From Candidatus Aenigmatarchaeota archaeon (GTDB lineage Archaea > Aenigmatarchaeota > Aenigmatarchaeia > CG10238-14 > SpSt-28), in NCBI GenBank assembly GCA_032249395.1, contig JAVVFY010000003.1, positions 1-64,000 of the forward strand: 64,000 bases of DNA, read 5' to 3'. The translations under genes were made by a program, and so were the position numbers. Position 1 is the first letter of the stretch, and every line of letters starts with the position of its first letter. A model generated the notes under the pieces. It saw nothing but the letters and a program-made list of their open reading frames with translations, had not been told where the DNA came from and searched no databases. Below, in pieces: positions 45,201 to 48,200 of this stretch.

Positions 45201-48200
45201 TCTGAAAGTACCATTGGTCTGGAAAGTTACATTAATTGTGTAATTGTAAATTTTAGTTCCGTCAAGTCTTCCGAAGGGTGAACCAAAATTTATTCCTCCG
45301 TCCCAATTGATTTTTCTTGCATCATCTATTGTTGCTGTTGTTGGGAGGGATGACCAAGGATATTGAAATATTAAATCTTGCGGGTGCGTTACTGTAATGT
45401 TATATTTATTTTCTGTAATATTTGCATTTATCAATGGTAAGTTGCCTTTATTCCATGTTTGTAAAGATACATTGAAAATACCGCAACCTACAGTTGATGG
45501 AAAACCTGTTTTATAGCTTGTTGAAGTATCATTGTAAAGTCTTTGTGTTTTGATCCATGGACCTTCTACAACTAAAGGTATAACATCATCAGTAAACAAC
45601 CACATTGTTGGAGATTGAGCAGTGTAAGATCTTCCTATAGTTCTAATAAATATATGTTTTCCTCCTGGAGTAATATGAGGTATATTGCTAACATCTAAAT
45701 TGAAAGTAAGAGATACAAAACCATTATTTGATGGAACTGAAAACAATAAACCTCCTTTAAACCAAACGGTCCATCTTACAACCCATCCTTCATCGGGAGA
45801 ACCATATGGATAGCCTGGTGCTGGTGGGACACCAAGATCAGCTCCTGCTGAGCTTCTCCAAACAAAATTTTTCGGAGTTAAACCCGGTGGGAAATGTATT
45901 TCAACATCGTAGATATCGCTAAAAGTACCAGCTCCACCCCCACTTCCAAAAAGTCTAATTTCTACGCCAACATTTGTAGAATTTGCAGGAATTTTAGTGA
46001 TGTTTATTCCATATACAGTAGAACCTCCGGCTCTACCACTTCTTGCAGGGAAGAAAGCTAATTCCGGATCTGTTGTTATAGAGAAAGTTTGCCCAGTTAC
46101 AGGATCATTCCATACAACTTGAGCTATAAATTCCTCTGGAAATGTATCTCCACTACCAGGATATCTAACTAAAAACCATTGGCATTGTGAAGTTGAAATA
46201 TTGTAATTTAGCCATTTGACTTCTCCTTTTACAGGAGTTACGCTAGCTGCTGGTACTTGAAAATCTGATGCTGATAAAGTACGAGTAAAATCTGTTAGGT
46301 TATAAGTTATATTGTAGTCACCATAGTTACATACCGTAATATTGCGCCAAACCGTACCGCTACCAGCTGATTGAGTTACTGCAGTTGCATAAGAAGGTGT
46401 TACTGTTGTTAAAGTTAGTGGAGAGGGTTTAATTCCTAAAGACTCTACTTGGAATATTTTATCATGAACGATTTCTGGTTTGTTTGGAGATTTTATTCTA
46501 ATTCTTGCTATGTATTTTTTTGAAGCATCCACATCATCAGGAATTTTTACATGCCAAACAGTATCATTAAACGACCAATTACCAATTTGTGATGGTGGCG
46601 TACTCTTTACAAATACGCTTCTGTCAGCACCTTCAAGAATAAACCAATTCTGTTTATTTCCTTGTTCATCTAAAATTTCTAAAGATACATTGGCAATTAA
46701 GTCGTTTGTAGTGTTGTAATTTCCTATAGGCGCTACTACTAGCGCCCAATAACCACCAATAACTTTATCTTTTGCGTGGGTAGATACAACTATATCTCTT
46801 GCAAGATTGATATCATTACAATCTATAACTCTAATGTTCTGCTTATCTGTATCTTTTTGTGGTGCTGTTGGATGTAGAGGATGGAATATACGAAGCGTAT
46901 ATTCGCCGAGCTCTACATCATTAGTTATGTTTAAGAAATATGTTCCCCAAAAACATTTATCATTTACTCCTCCTCCTAATTGACAACCATCAGCATTTCC
47001 TAATTCAGTTCCTGAAATTGGAACATCATTAGCTATAAATCCGAGAGAAGGCATATCAGAGAATACTACATCATTTTTTCTTTTAACTTGTAACTTAAGA
47101 TTGCCTGCTGATGTTGGATCATCATCTGCATTATCAATTAGAGTAAAGTTTATTGTATAATTGTACCCTCTGCATAACGTTAAAGGATCGGCACGAAAAC
47201 TAGTTTGATTAAAGTAAAAATCCCAACCAAATAAGTAAAATCTTAAATCTTCTGCAAGTATAGTCCAGCTTCTGCTTTCCTTAAATGTTTCTCCATTGTT
47301 GTAATGCATTTCTACTGGACCAAGAAGGTAAATTCTTGGAAATAGTGGGGGTAAGTCAAAGGAGTAATTCAACAAAATTCTTTCTCCCTTTCTAATATTC
47401 GGTAAATTCCAAACTATTAAAATCTCTTCTGGATTCTTGATTATCACCCCATCACTTTTAATATTCAAAAATTCAGTAGGAACGCGCTCAATTACAGTTA
47501 AGTTGTAGGCATCTATCTTTGCTATTATATTCAAAGAAACAGTAGTTCTTGCTTCAACCCTTATTTTCGTAGGAAATTCATCTAAAAATGGCTCTTGCCT
47601 CAATATATCAAAGGGATAAAATTCTTTAACTTCGAAGTTTGTGGAGTATTCATTGCTTACGTTCAAACCTTCTTCAACACGTACATATACAGAGTAATTG
47701 CCTACTTCACTTACAGTATAATTAGCTACATAAGTCCCGTCAAATCTATTTAAAATTTCTGTAGGATTTATTATCGTTTTTTTACCAGAAGGATTAGTTA
47801 CTTCTATAAAAACTATAGCATTTGTAACAGCCTTACCTTCGGCATTTAAAGCGCCAACAACTATTCTAACAGTTTCCCCAGGAGAGAAAGTCCCTGCACC
47901 AACATATACAGTTCTTTTAAAGCCATTATTAGAAATTTCCAGTGCCTTTAAAGTATTTACATTTACTAAACCGACAGCAAAGCTAATTTCTTCTTCAACC
48001 ACTTCCTCTCCAGGATTCGGACTTACATAACTCAATTTAACTTTAAGCTTGTACAAACCTGGCCTAAATTCTCTTTCTGCATCTAACTCAACAACAAACT
48101 TTCCAGGACCAACTTGAGTATAATTAACTTCAGTTATATTTCCATCTGGATCTACAACAAAAGCTTGCAAAGTAGCATTTGGAAATATTTCGCCAGTATC

